Assembly (NCBI RefSeq): GCF_018977255.1
Contig: NW_024704750.1
Coordinates: 11,594,001-11,658,000 of the forward strand
Length of the DNA stretch: 64,000 nt
From: Callorhinchus milii
Lineage: Eukaryota
Direction of reading: 5' to 3'
Shown here: piece after piece, positions 24,386 to 38,479 of the stretch
Layout: every line of letters starts with the position of its first letter
How positions within the stretch are numbered: the first letter of the stretch is position 1
Notes under the pieces: generated by a model
Told to the model about the DNA's origin: nothing
Seen by the model: the letters and a program-made list of their open reading frames with translations, nothing else
Databases searched by the model: none
Made by a program: the position numbers and the translations under genes

Positions 24386-26134
24386 ATTCATTAATTTATT
24401 TATTTAACTTTTCATCTAATTTCAAATACTTGTGCTTTGTTTACTTGTATCTCTCTACTGTAAGCGTTATGACAGTAGACTGGGGATTTTAATAGTCTAC
24501 TTACAGCTTTGAGTCACAGTTGAACTAACACATTCTGTATTAACTGTTTTCTAGTTAATCTTTATTAAAACAACAAATTCCTTGTTAAAATATGCATTGC
24601 ACCATCGTTTAAATGCTTTAAAATCATTCTGCATTGTTTAGAGGTTTAGTCAGCACACAACTTGCAACCGACGCTACAGTTAAAACAAGTGAAATGAGGC
24701 GACGTTAATTTATGTAAAGGCTTGCCACTGAATATTGAATACAGAAGAAATAATGTGAAAATGTTGCAATAATCCATTTGTTATTGATAAGTGGCAAGTA
24801 TCCCATATGTAAATGCTGTTTGCACTGAAACGATGTAAATTCTTTCACTCTTTGTTTTCTCAGATTTCTCAGCTCGTTGCTGAGGAGTCTTTTTTTAAAA
24901 AAAGCCCAAACGTCAATGATTGCCTCTTTTTGATGGCATTTTTGATCAATCCGGATAAACATCTCATCACATTATTCGATGTACTTCACGTACGTTTAAT
25001 GTTATAACTGATCTCATCGTTTCTGCAGATCATATCGACGTTGTCCTGTTCACATGGTCCTTGCATACTTTAGAAGATAGATACAATGAAAGTTTTGGCA
25101 TAAATAATCATTGTTTTGTGTAACACCGATATCGTTTGTCACAATATATTCTTCCTTGGTACACATTTTGAAGCGCATGTCAGGCTATGGATTTAACATG
25201 TTTTTACCATTGCCCCATTGCTGTTAAAATCAATAGGAATATATCTGGGTAACATGAATTCTTTACAGTGTTATTGAAACATAACATAAATAAAATCGGC
25301 GGGTAGTTTATTAATAATTTACAAGTAACAACAACATGCATTATGTTGCACCTGGAAAGTTTCAAATTGATAATTCACTTGTTAATGTGATGATTTTAGA
25401 CATCTGTTGTGAAATTATTTGACAAGTTACCAACACAACGCAGAAAGGCTCTGCTTTCATTCAGTACAAAACAAGAGGAAAGGGAAAGAGTAGTCTTTAT
25501 TCAACCTTCAGAAATGACACGAAGAATGCAACCCAAACAATCTGACGAACTTTAGTGGAGCTTATGGAAAATATCCAGAAATAATACGACCAACCAACAA
25601 GATATAACACATTTCCCTTAATCACACGTGTCCCACAGCCTTCGCCTCTAAGATATAAGTCAGATACCACTGTATATGTCCAAATCAAAAGCGTTCAAAA
25701 GTATTACTGATATATATTATTGATATAAATCAGCAGAGCAATCGTCTCCAAACAGTAATCGATAAATTAATATTTATCAAAAAGACAAACAACTGTTTAT
25801 GAATCGGTGTGCTTGTAGACGAGTGGCAAACTGAACATGGATTATTTCATTGAAGATTAAATGTCATTGGAAAAATCATCCTTACATTTATGAATGCTGA
25901 TATACTATAATATAAAAAAGTGAGAACACCCGTTTTCGCACGTTTTGCTCCTGGTCTTATAACAAAGTTAGGATGGCACCCGAGCAACCAAAATATTTCA
26001 ATCTGGAATCAACTGCAAAGTACTGTAGAACTAAACAAAATTCTGAGATGCGTTTTATATATATTTTAAAACATTGACTTGTCAAATTGTTATTCTTTTA
26101 AATTGGATATAATATAAATCTGGATACAATTTGA

Positions 26135-26154
26135 CCCCCCCCCCCCCCCCCCCC
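26135..26154. repeat. Poly-C tract
   Basis: Direct reading. Confidence 0.95.
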
Positions 26155-29100
26155 AACCAACCCCCAAATTCAAGCGATTGAATGGTTTGGTATTATATCA
26201 ATGTCCTTTCACCTTTGAGATCTGGAGCCAAGATATTTCGGATCATTGTTCGTTCTTTGATGGCTCTTGGGAATTGCAACTGAAAGAGATCGGGCAGTCT
26301 TAACTCAGTTTTCAGTGGATATAAATCCTCAGCAACAAAAAATGCCCACGATCTGGCAGTTATTGCAACTAATTGGGTGGGTAATCTTACCCAGCGAGTC
26401 TAACAGGACATTTTTGTTTATAGAAGACGGAAATGTAAGGGAATGCTGTAAGCAATACTGTGTTGAGGTTGTACATATTTGGACACATAGACACATCAAA
26501 TATCCCTCTCATTCCGACATAGTTCAGCACTTCTATGAATATTTATTTCTGAAATTAAGAGGATTCGTAGCTTGGGGAAAAGTGCACCAATAGAGAAACT
26601 AATTTAAAATGATAGAATCTAACGTTATTGTCAGGTAAACTAACATGTACAATGTAATGTTACCCACATTTGTGAGATTCATTTAATACTACAAGTATTT
26701 CTCTAGGAGCTCCATATAGAACTATCTGATTGTTATACAAGAATGCACAGACACTTGGGACCTTGACAATCAATACATATCTACTCCATGATTTAATTAG
26801 CCGTTTGTTGCTTCGTTCTACATCATATTTTTGCATGCATATAATGGAACCATAATAGCAATAACTTTAATCAGTATCTACTAAAAATACATATAGATAT
26901 TTCTTCTCACGTGTGGATGAAATGTGTAAACTTTTGAGTCGGATTTATTAGCATTTTTTGTAGAGTGTGCTTTTGGTATGCACAATTAGGATCATACATG
27001 TAGACATATGTGGCTAGTTAAAACAAATGGTATTTCCAGTTAAAACAAATTACATTTGTTCATTCAAATTTCACAATAGTATCATGTCATCTTCTGACTA
27101 ACATTACACCTACTTACACTTGTGCTTGCTTTGTTATAACTTGCTTCAGGTACTGCTGCAGTTATTTTGAGACCCGTATTTGCATCATAGTCACATGATA
27201 GTGAAATAGATTCCAGCAGTATTTACATGTATACATGAAAGTAACAAATGATAATGATTTATACCAAGGTGCCATGTATTTTGGGATAGGTATATCACAA
27301 GGATGTATTGCACCAATCGGCTGACTTCCCAGTCATTACACATTGAGGGTAAATTAGTAGTTACTAATGCAGAATATAACATATATTATTAGTAGAATTA
27401 TTGTTAAGAAAACTTATTTTTCTTTGAGGACATGTCCCACTTTATTTTTGCCTCTGATCTTCTTACAGGCCACATTAACCTCCTTAACCTTCACAGGCAG
27501 AATTCTGTTCTGGACTACTAGCAGATGAAAGATGATTTGGTCTCTGTTACCCACCCCCCTCCGTGGGAAAGTGCCTGGCTTTTGTTGAGCACCTCCCCAG
27601 AACATTGCAGCCGACATTGGGGAGGCATCAACATGCAGGGTCAAGCTTTGTCCCAATGTTGCGGTGGTCCTGACCATTGGTATATGTGCCCTAGATAAAT
27701 ATGTTTTATTATCAGGGTTTGCGCAGGAGTCTTCAAGCATTATAACTGTCTCTAGTGTTGAGTAAGGCTCAGTACGTAAATGTTCGGGTAATTGAGCTAC
27801 AATTATTCTGATGACTAATAGTGCTTGCTTGCAAGGTTACTTGAGTTCTGATAATATAAAACTGATATTTAGTTAAATTAAAAATATAACATGTAAAGGA
27901 AGATCAACATCATCAAAATGAGCAAACACTATTTTAACGTGTTCGTTTTGCATTAAATTATTATTAGTTAGTTTGTTGTTAATCTTGGGATTCGTTTTAC
28001 ACATCATAATCTTATAGATTTGCTTATAACGATTTCTCGAACATTATTGACAGCCTTGAATAAAAATTGAGGAACTGGAAGTCAAGGTCGGTTAGGTCAA
28101 TGGATTTGCTGCATGAGTGTAATTTTAATTGTAGTCTTAAATGAAATAAACATCTCATAATATTTACTTGGAGCATGATAAATTAAGAATATATGCATAT
28201 TCTGCATCGCATGTATGCACACAGTTCGACAGTAACAATGTATTGACAACACGCACTGTATTTAATTCGTTCAATAATATTATGTCTGCCTTGTACCAGC
28301 TTCATATTCATTTGTACTTGCGGCTATTCCAATGTAAATTGTTCCAGGTACCAGCTGGAGTGATATGTAACAGACCGCTTCCTGACAAGGTTCCAAAACT
28401 GTCATTAGAGAGGTATGGTTGAGTGCACTCTCTTCCCCAACTCCCCATCCTCCACTCTACATCCCCACCCGGTTTGCTCAAAATTCAGTGGTGTCAAGTT
28501 TCACATGTTCCTTTCGTTCTGGGATGTGTCATTCACGAGGATTGAAAACAAGTTTTTTGTTTAAAAAGTAACCCCTCAATAATAAATACAGATCATAAGT
28601 GCAATTAGGTTTGAAATTGATGTCATTTTTGCTTAATCCTAAGTGTTACCCCTAACATTGCACCAACGTTGACAGCTCTGATTTCCTATGATTCTTATGG
28701 AAATAAGTACTTCCCAATCCGGTAATAGAGTTCCCAGATTTTTTTTATTCCCAGCTGTTACCACTATCTTTGAACGGTGGCAGAGATGTACTCTTGCCCA
28801 GTATACCACCACGATCTTTCCCCATCTGAGCTAGTTCCGTATACATTAATATCACTTCAGAGCTGTCAACCTCAAGGAAGTGTTTAAGAGTGAGATTTAT
28901 GATCCAGAAAAGTGAGAACGATTGCAAACCTGTTTGAACATATGAAGCTTGTTTGTTTTTTCGCAGAGATACAACAAAATGTGTTCTGAGTGGGTATGTA
29001 ATTATTACCAATTGAAACTCAGGTATAGAGGGATGAATAATGATGGAGCTCAATATTTGTATTTCGTGGAAGACAGTTATTTTCCAGAAACAATGAAAGC

Positions 29101-29826
29101 CCATTAGAAAACTAAAAGGCCTAAAGCTAAAAGCTAAAAGGTGGTTCAGGTGGTATTAAGTTGTTGAATTCAGTTTCAATAAATGAATTAGCTGAAAAAC
29201 TGTTCCATTCACTGTTATTGATTATAAACAGGCTTTCACATTCCACAGTAAACGCCTAGGAGCTGGAGTACAGTGTAACACTATGGGAGGGAATTGCCTC
29301 AGTAGCTGCAGGAAACGATTCAATTGACATACCTTTTCAGTTTTTTTTAATTTCAGAATTTCATCAAAAGCCATTCTCACTGGATGTTAATCAAAGCATG
29401 GCTGAACCATTAATAGTTGTAATAAGACAAGAGACACAAACCAACTGATTTTCATTTCTGTTTAATTTCTGGGTGCATATGGAGTTTATTAGTGACCAAA
29501 GAAATCTGTTCCAGCAAATTCTAATTACAACATGATTTTTCCCTTATCACAACTGATAATTCTGGCCGTTTTTTTAAAAAAGGTTGTTTCTTTCTCCGTT
29601 TTCCATCTGATTTCTCCCTTACCTTTCCTATCCCGAAAACCAAGATTTATGGCATGGAATTCCCCAGTCAGAGGGACTTCGGTACATTCTCTGTCCATTC
29701 TTCATAGGTGAGCCAAAGACATTGAACATTGCTAGATGATTCAACCAAGGTGCGATGACAGCTAATCTTATCTTCAACCCCAGTGTCCTCCCATATGTTT
29801 TCTTGCAGGAGACATTTGATAAGCTT

Positions 29827-30095
29827 AGTCCTGTAGCTCAGCGGGTAGAGCACTCGCCATGCAAGCAAGAGACTTGGGTTCGATTCCCAAAACCTTGGGC
29901 AAGTTTCCTTACTCCACGCTCCTGATAATAATCCCTCAAGAAAAAAATAATACAAAAATGATAATTTGGTCACTCAATCCATGACTGCTTATGGGACACT
30001 GCTGTGCACAATTGGCTGCTGCGTTTCGCCCATAAATATACAGTTAATTCACTTCACAGTATATTCTGTGAAGTGAATATTATTATTATTATATT
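29827..30095 (+). mobile_element. tRNA-derived SINE (head + CORE-like piece + 3' Deu-like domain, tail partly deleted)
   Basis: A box TAGCTCAGCGG at 29834-29844, B box GGTTCGATTCC at 29877-29887, CCTTGGGCAAGT at 29893, then the same body as the 24.2-kb copy. Confidence 0.88.
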
Positions 30096-33000
30096 ATTAA
30101 TATTATAATCCTTCCATTTGATAATCAGGATCGCATATTCTGCCAAATGTTGGCTTTTCATGTCGTGAGACGAATTGTAGCATCCAAGTGCCTTTCACTG
30201 CTGCCCCGGTTGAGGTGTGATGCACCAGTGGAGGGGAGATCAGTAAAAAGAAATTGTTTTAACATTATTTGTACATTATCTTGTATTTGGATGATGATTG
30301 GTTGCTGCGGTCGCGTTCAGAGTATTAGAGTAAATAGAAATGACTGGGCTGTCATTTTGCACCCTCTCTGTAAAAGACAGACAGAGACACAGAGAAAGAG
30401 AGAGAGAGAGAGAGATGGGGGTGGGTGGGGGGTAAGATGATGTGTTAGGAATTGTTTTGCACACAAATTAAACTTTGCTTTCAATTACGATAGATTTAGT
30501 TGGGCAGTTGTTTGGGTCAAAGTGACACGGTTTTGTGAAATGTGTGTGTAGGTAAGATAATCTAAAGCTTTAATGCAGACGTGGTGGATAGAGGGAACTG
30601 AAATCCTGGGCACTCCTCGTTTATCCCGAGGATCAAATAGATGGTCGGCTGAAACTGTGGAGCCTCTCATTGCTGCATTTAAGGTAAAGGAACGACCAAG
30701 AAGTTAATGGTTGGAAAGCCATTTATTGTTTTGCACCAGCTGGACTGTGAGGACAGCGGTGTGGACACGTTACTAGGACAAGCTTACGGTAAGTATCTGT
30801 TTACCGTGTTGGTAAGTATCTTGACACGTTCTCACCTGTGGTTGGTCTTTGTATGACCGGTTGTAACAAGTCCAAAACCTTCTCCACCTTCCAGCAGCAC
30901 TTGTTCCAATCGATTTCCACTTAATTTGCTTTCTCCCATACACTTGAATCGCAAGAGCAGGAGTCGAACTTGGATAGTAAATGCTGTACTGTTATAAGGC
31001 AATATATTCATCAATGTGTATTACAGATGCAATTAAACGGCAGTTACTTTTTACCTTTGCATTAAATGGACAGTATTTTTTTCTACCATAATAAAGAAAA
31101 GCAGAAGGTCGGTTACCACAGGTAAAGCTTCCAGGATGATACCCACCCCGTCCACAGACACATACATACACATACAAATCTGAACGCAGACTTTCATCCA
31201 GTGAAAGTGCGTCGCTCTTCGAGATTTAGGGCTTTCAGCATTGAAATATTATCACTGATCTCTTCTCTCAAACGCATCAATTTACATTTTGAGAAACATT
31301 CAAACAGCAGGTACTTTATCGGGGTGAGAATTTAATAATATTCTTAAGTAGATGCTTTTTATTAGAACAACACATTGATGTTTTCTTTTCATATGTAACC
31401 CTATACTGGCATGCATTCTTGCTTGCAAAAGTATGCAAGATGGTAAAAGAATGCATTCAACCCCAGACAGGTTGACATTAGTATTTCCATTTAGCTACAA
31501 CTGATTTCACTATGAAAAATAAGGCACTGTGCAATTTTTGCCAGTGTGACCATAACATAAAATTGAGTTTCTAATCTAAATAATTTAAACACAAAGTATA
31601 CAGAAAGCAGAATCCCCATGGTTATCTACATGTGTGGTCATTGCCACCAAGACATTTTTTTGCCACCATGATTTTTGGGAGCCAGCTGGGTTTCTAACAC
31701 ATGCAGAAACCCATCACTATGCTTCAGTCAATCCAAACCAAACTTAAGAGTTTCATGCATTCCATCTATACATGGAAATTCCAGAGATGTTTATTGGAAT
31801 GGAATGTGCATTCTCTCTGGAGGGTTGAATCCTGCTTACCTAATTCTGGAAAGTATTAGGCATAGTTTGGCAAGAGACAAGGCTTATGGACCCCAGAGTG
31901 TGCATTTGGGTATTGCTGTGATCCTGTGATCCTGACATGTGCATCATTGCTATATCCATATAAGTAACTATGCCAATATATGTCAAAAGATTCATTGTAC
32001 CAATTTACTTCTGTAATATTGTAAGCAAAGTGTTCAAGCACAACTAATATAAACTATTTTAAATTCTAGAATATAATTCCAACAGCAAAGTGCAAAAAAT
32101 AAGTTCCAGTACAAAACGTTATGAGCTTCAGAAGAATATTGCTGATAAACAATGCAATTAAGGATCCTGATAATGAAGATTTGAGTTTTCATTCAATTTA
32201 ATTAAAATTTCATTTTAGTCAGTATTAGATGTGGAAGTTATGGTATTCATGAGTAAAATAAATCCAATACCACTTTAGGCCTAATCACATTGCAGAGAAT
32301 TGGTAGCTAACCATCCTTTGCTGTCCACCGTGAACCCTTCTGCCAAATCAAAACATTGAACTAAAAACAGAAAAGGTAAACAAAAACTATACTTCTGTCT
32401 ATTTTGACAATAATATGCTTCACATTATCTTGGAAGACATAATGAATTTTATGATTCAGGTGACATTAATACATTGATGGAGCTTCTCTTTTGTGATTCA
32501 TGACTTCTCCTTAAAATAAGATGGGCTATAATACACAACTTGTACCCTGATCAAATTTAAATTAATATGAATACTAAACTGAGACGTATCTGAAAGCAAG
32601 AGAATTGCAAGACAGGTGACTGTTGTGATACTTGTTAAAAGAAAATAGGTTTAAAGTATTTCTGCTGCATTATGGAGGATTTAGAGCTTACCTACTGGCA
32701 TGTTTTCTCAACCACTGCTCCATAATGAAAACATGAAGAAACCCTGGGGAATACAATACATTGCCAAAATCCCATAATCCTTCGAAAGTAAAACAACAGC
32801 ATTGTAACTGCAGCATGTGGATCAGCACTTTTTCAGAATTATGGCAAGAATGTAGGCAAATAAATAGATGTAACCAAGCATGATTCTGAGTCAACACTCA
32901 ATGGTCGCTTCTCACAACTGCTTCTTGTATATATGATAAACTTTTTTTTAGAAAAAGCTATTAAGTTTTAATTTATTATATTTTAAATATTGAAATAATT

Positions 33001-35139
33001 TAAATATATAATATTACTTGAGAACCTAACAGGTATAATGTTTCAGATATTATGGTAATCTGCATCTGTTTAATTCTATTGGAAGAAGATAAAATAAAAT
33101 TGTGAACTTCATGTAAAATAAATTGTGAATTTTGAACTCAAATTGCATGGTAAAGCAATGTATTGGTTTCCAGCATTCTGCAGTGTGGGTACCTTCTTTA
33201 GGGGGAAAAGAGGTATAATATCAAAGATTTCGATCTGACAGGAAAATTACATTTCCGCCATTACAAAGGGGTAATCAGCAGAAAAAAAAATAGGTCACGA
33301 TCACAGTTTGATGTGGTCTGTTAGATGCGGAAAAAACACACTTATGCTCATCTGCCTGAGGATGCAACAGACATCAATCTTAGAGATTGACAATTAAAGT
33401 ACATCATATCATTTCTAGTAACCAACATAAAATGTCCTGTTCATGTTCCAAATGTCCCTGTCAACATTTTGAAAACTTGAACAAAGACGTGTATGAAAAA
33501 AAATCTTACACTAACAATGATCAATGTGGATGATATATTTATAGAAATTTTAAGTGATTTTCTCAAGAATAAAAATCAACATTATTGTATCTTCTCTAAA
33601 TACTATTTTTTATGATGCCATGGTTATGCTGATGCTCAGTATAATCATCACAAATCTATTTCATTTGATTAAATATGTCAAGCATTTGTAACTACTTTTG
33701 TTTTAAATAGTTCACATAATGTAATGTAACAGCTAAGTAATTCATTCATCCCCGGCGACATGCTGTTTCAAGAATAGTATAGCAAATGCAGCAAAGATAA
33801 AATGTTGGCTATTTATATTTCTGCACTGAGAGTTTGCCATGCAGACACTTCTGCTCACTCACTGACCTGTAAAATCTCAGGTGGTGATTAGGATATGGAA
33901 GTTGAAGTTTGTTTCAAAAAGTTCAAGTTATATTCACAGGGTTTAAGTAATTTGTTAAACACCTGTCTGTTCTGTGGGAAATTTTAACATACCACATGAA
34001 TCCCCAGGAACTCAGAGGGATGTTCTCACAGTTTATCTGCAATTCACCGTAAAACCAAATGTTGTAAAATTAATCACTACACCATTACAGAAATATCAAC
34101 TGTATTACAGCTCACCACAGACGAAAGCTGCCATTCAAATGTTGATAAGCAAAACTACAGAATAATTGTTAATACAAAACTTAAAGTATCATTTAAACAT
34201 TTAGAAAATACAGTACTTCTGAAATACATAAAGCTAATGAAAACTAGGTGGAGATTCTTCAACTTTTCTCAGTGAACCACAAAGAATGAAGATGTGTATG
34301 ATTTTTGCAAGAGTGGACTGGGTTGTCTATCAGTTGGGTATTGGCGACAGTCTGTCTGCAGACCGTAAGATGATCTCAACAGCTTCAGAGGAAAGTAGGC
34401 AGGATTCCTGGCTTGCAAGCATAGATATTGATCTACCTCAGGCATCTAAACAATGCCTCACCTGTTTGCCTTGTTCGTATTTTATTTTATGCAGCCTAAT
34501 GCGTGTTTTGTTTGGCTTTTCTTTTATTTATGTGGATCTGAGGTTTGATACACTTTGGGAGTATATAAACAGTGTTGTACTTGAACACCACCATACCTTC
34601 AAGCCCTTTGGTGGTTCTAGACCACCCCCTCCTTGTAGAGACATGTACTGTGATGCCAGATTAAGTGAACAGCTAAAGAAATAGTTCTTAAAGAGGATGT
34701 TAAATTAGAAAGGCTCATGTTTACCTATGCACAACATAATAGTAATTTTTTTACTGTAACCTTCAACCAACATTTAAGATAGTCCTCACCTTTTTTTAAA
34801 ACTGAAGTTAATTCTTTTTTTAAGTAAACATTCAAAAGTGTATTACAATGGTGGTGGTAGCACAACATTTTTAAACTGCATAGACAAATATATCTGACAT
34901 GTAGGAAGCAAATTATATATTCATAAATCATGTTCTGATTATTTGAAATCTCTTCATTTAGGAATTCTGAAATGATAGAAACTGTTAAAAAGGTTTAAAT
35001 AATTGTAAAGCTATTAATTGCACCTAACATTTGATTTTTTTCTATTGGTTTAAAGGTTGTTTTGTTGGAATTGCTATGAATAGGATTACTAACTCTAATT
35101 GGAATGTGTAAATATAGATGCAGAGCTAGAAAGCAGATT

Positions 35140-35342
35140 TTGATAATAATCCCTTCAGAACAAAAACACAATAATAATTTGGTCATTCAATCCACGACAG
35201 TTTATGGGACACTGCTGTGCGCAATTGGCTGCCGCGTTTCACCCACAAATACACAGTCAATTCACTTTACAATATGTTTTGTGAGGCACTTTGAGACATC
35301 GAGAAGATTTGAAAAGTGTTATATCAAATGCGAGGATTATTA
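35140..35342 (+). mobile_element. 5'-truncated SINE, same family
   Basis: GATAATAATCCCTTC...TTTGGTCATTCAATCCACGACAGTTTATGGGACACTGCTGTGCGCAATTGGCTGCCGCGTTTC...ATATCAAATGCGAGGATTATT. Confidence 0.85.
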
Positions 35343-36009
35343 AGGGTTATATTATTATTTTACTATGCAAATTGATAAATATTTGTTCGCCAGTTAGAAC
35401 AGGGATATCAGTCAGAGAATATCATGGCATGTGTATGATGCAATATCCCTATTTAATGACAAAAATCACCTAAATACATCTGAGCATAAGAAAAACAAAT
35501 CCAAGAAGTTGATCAGAGACAATCTGCCAGAAAATAAAAAAGTTTTTTTGATGGATGAAGAGGCTAACAGACAGATCATTTTCGTAAAATGAAGGAAATC
35601 CCAAAAGGCTCATCACCACTTAATCCTCTGGAGTAGAGGTTCTGCCCATTGAGATTCTGGTGGCCATTAATACAACAGTCCAAGACTGAGAAGTAGGAAA
35701 ACACCTATTACCTCTATTTAATAAAAAAACAATATCCATGAGTATTATTACTAAGAAGTTCTGAAAGATTGGAACAAGAAAAGGGCATTTGGCATGTCAA
35801 ACACACTTCTTCAACAGATCTATAAGCTAGTTAATTATGAACTCCATTCATACCAGTTATCTGTGGGAAAGCTATCTCCTTGTGTGTATATATATATGTA
35901 TATGATCATCCAAAGTCAATTAGGCAAAAAAATTCAGTTCATTCACCCATCTCTCAAATTCAAGCCTGGCTACTCAACAACAACAACTTGAAATGATGTA
36001 GTGCCCTTC

Positions 36010-36215
36010 ACAGGGATTAGCATCTCGGAGTGCTCCACAATTGCAAGGTAAGGCTGCCCATTGTCACCCACCCTATTCAATGTATTCATCAATGATGCGT
36101 TGGATAGCATTGATGGGGATGGACTCGGTGTATCTGTTCCAGGCCTTTCTGACAGGATTGTGGCACTTCTGTTTGTGGAGGATATTGTACTGCTGGCGGA
36201 CTCATTTTGGGACCT
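36010..36215 (+). mobile_element. Degenerate non-LTR reverse transcriptase fragment (RTE/RTEX-like)
   Basis: R*GCPLSPTLFNVFINDAL...IVALLFVEDIVLLADS corresponds to the RQGCPLSP and (F/Y)ADD motifs, with a stop at the Q codon and a mutated catalytic motif. Confidence 0.75.
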
Positions 36216-36739
36216 TTTGCCTGCAGTCACCATCTCGAACACTGGACCAACCAGTGGAACATCATGATGTGTTTCCCAAAGTGCAGAATCATGATTTGGC
36301 TCAAGAGAAAGCATTGAGGGTATTGATTGGAAGATACAAGGAGCATCAATCCCAATTATTGATTCTTATTAGTAACTGGAGGTTGCGGTAGATGCCAACT
36401 TCTGCTTGGACACTGTCTTGAAGGACTGCACAGAGATTGAGTGAAAGGCACACAGGTCAAGCTTGTGGCACATAAGTCCTATGTGCAAACAGTTCTCCTT
36501 TATGGATCTTAGCTCCTGGGGATACAGTAGAGAGACTGTTCCAGCTCATTCACAATGTATAGGATCAAGCAATGAGGTGCATTTGTGGCAAACATATGAA
36601 GTGGCAGCAGGGAGGGAGGGCTCTGGCCTACACTGAGCACCCTGGAGTGACATTCTTTTTTAATCAGGGGGATAGGACCATAGGATCTATAAAGTCTACC
36701 TGAACAGGGAGACACCCTTGGCTTACTGTCTCATATGGA

Positions 36740-36862
36740 GTATGACACCTCTGTCAATGCAGCACAACCCCAGCAGTTTGAGTCTATTAGCAAAAAAATC
36801 TCAGCCTTAGTCTTGAACTAATAATCTTCTGACAGAGGTGAGAGTGCTACCAGCTGGCCAGA
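36740..36862 (-). mobile_element. Old tRNA-derived SINE head fragment
   Basis: TTCTGACAGAGGTGAGAGTGCTACCAGCTGGCCA reads on the minus strand as a tRNA-like SINE 5' end. Confidence 0.45.
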
Positions 36863-38479
36863 CCCTCCAGAAACTGTGCCTAGTCATCATATGTTACCCA
36901 GGGTGGCTACCATTCTTAAAGGAACCCATTACTACAATAAATCTTTTTGCCAGGTCTTTCATCCTTTGTCCAACTGTGTAAAATTGCCTCTTCTTGTTTG
37001 CTTTATTAATGCAGAGAATATTGACCCCACCCATGATTTATTAAGCCTTAAGGACTCTTACTGCTTGAGATGCATCTCCTTAAAAAGACTTTAAGCAGCT
37101 TAAATGCAGATTTTTAAGTATTTGACAGGATTTTGAACTCTTTTCACATTCCATGAGACTAATTTAGTACAGAAATTAGATCACTAAACTAATTTTTTAA
37201 ATCTTGATATCTCTATCATCTCCTCCTTATTTCCTCCTCCCTCTATTATTTTCAGCCCTCGGATATGTCTGTTGCCCCCTTCCAGACAGAGCAGAAGGAG
37301 CCACCAAAAATCCAAATTCAGGCATATTACTAAGGATAATCAAAGCTTACACCACCAGAATCCTTCCCTCCAGCTAGATTTAATTGCTCTACCACAATGA
37401 TTTGTTCTCTCCATAGAGGAAACCATGTGGTAGAACTTTAATAAAAAGACAACTTTTCAGCAAATTACTAGGAAACAAAAATTCTGACTAAGCAATCAGC
37501 ACAGTTACAATTGGTTTGAGATTAACTCCTGGAGAGGTCTCACATTGCTTTTCTTCATCCAATTCATGTGCCTAAAATTACAGTTTGCTGCCAGATTTGT
37601 GCATTTCAAAACTAATGACCAAATTGAAAGAATAAGCAAATAAAAAACTACGGTAGAATTGTTTTTAGATGTTAATCTTTGATTGAGAGACAAACTTGGT
37701 AGTATTAAAAATGTAATACACGTCTTCACATCAAATATCATATTGGAATGTTTAAGGATTTAACACATTAAAACAGGTTTTAATGGTCAAATATTAGGCA
37801 CAAAGTAGAGATGGCAGCTCATGCTTTACCACTTAAAAAATAAAACACTCTTATGTTTTATGTAAAGCATGAACCATTGCATTGGAAGATACCAGGGATC
37901 TAAGGTCTTAGATGTGAACTGTGGCAACTTTTTAAGTTTGCTTTTATTACATTTTTCACAATTTAGATAATGGAAACAATAGTCAAATGTATGCATTGAA
38001 GAAGATTACAACAAGTACTGATGCAAATACAGATAAATAAGATAAAATTTGCTGCAGTAATGGAGAGGTCTTCCATCAGTAAGAGGCCCCATAGAGTTGT
38101 TACAATTGAAATTGAAGAATCCTCTCAATCCAAGGTGATAAGGAAACTAATCTGTGGCAACTCTCAGGAGTCAGGACCCACCTGTGTGACTTACAATTAA
38201 TACCAGTCAAATGGTTTATTAGCAAAGGAATATAACTGAATATTCCACAATAGGAGAAATATTTGAGTATTTATTAATATTAGAATTTTATTTACCTTTT
38301 ACCAAATAAGAAGTGTCTATCACAAAAGTTGCTTGGCACGTGTAGATTTTTAACTAACCCCATCTTTGTGGGTGATAATAATTATCATTTCACTTCAGTT
38401 ATTATATCATTGAGACATCTCAAAGCACTTCACAAGATTTTACTTTTAAAGTGTTCTGATTCTGCATATCACCAACCTA

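Noticed and set aside
29827-29890. tRNA gene
   Set aside because: It has A/B boxes but no complete acceptor stem or T-run terminator, runs straight into a SINE body, and recurs at 63.5 kb.
30730-30762. Possible REST/RE1 site (GCACC...GGACAGCG)
   Set aside because: The left half-site is poor and the spacing is non-canonical.
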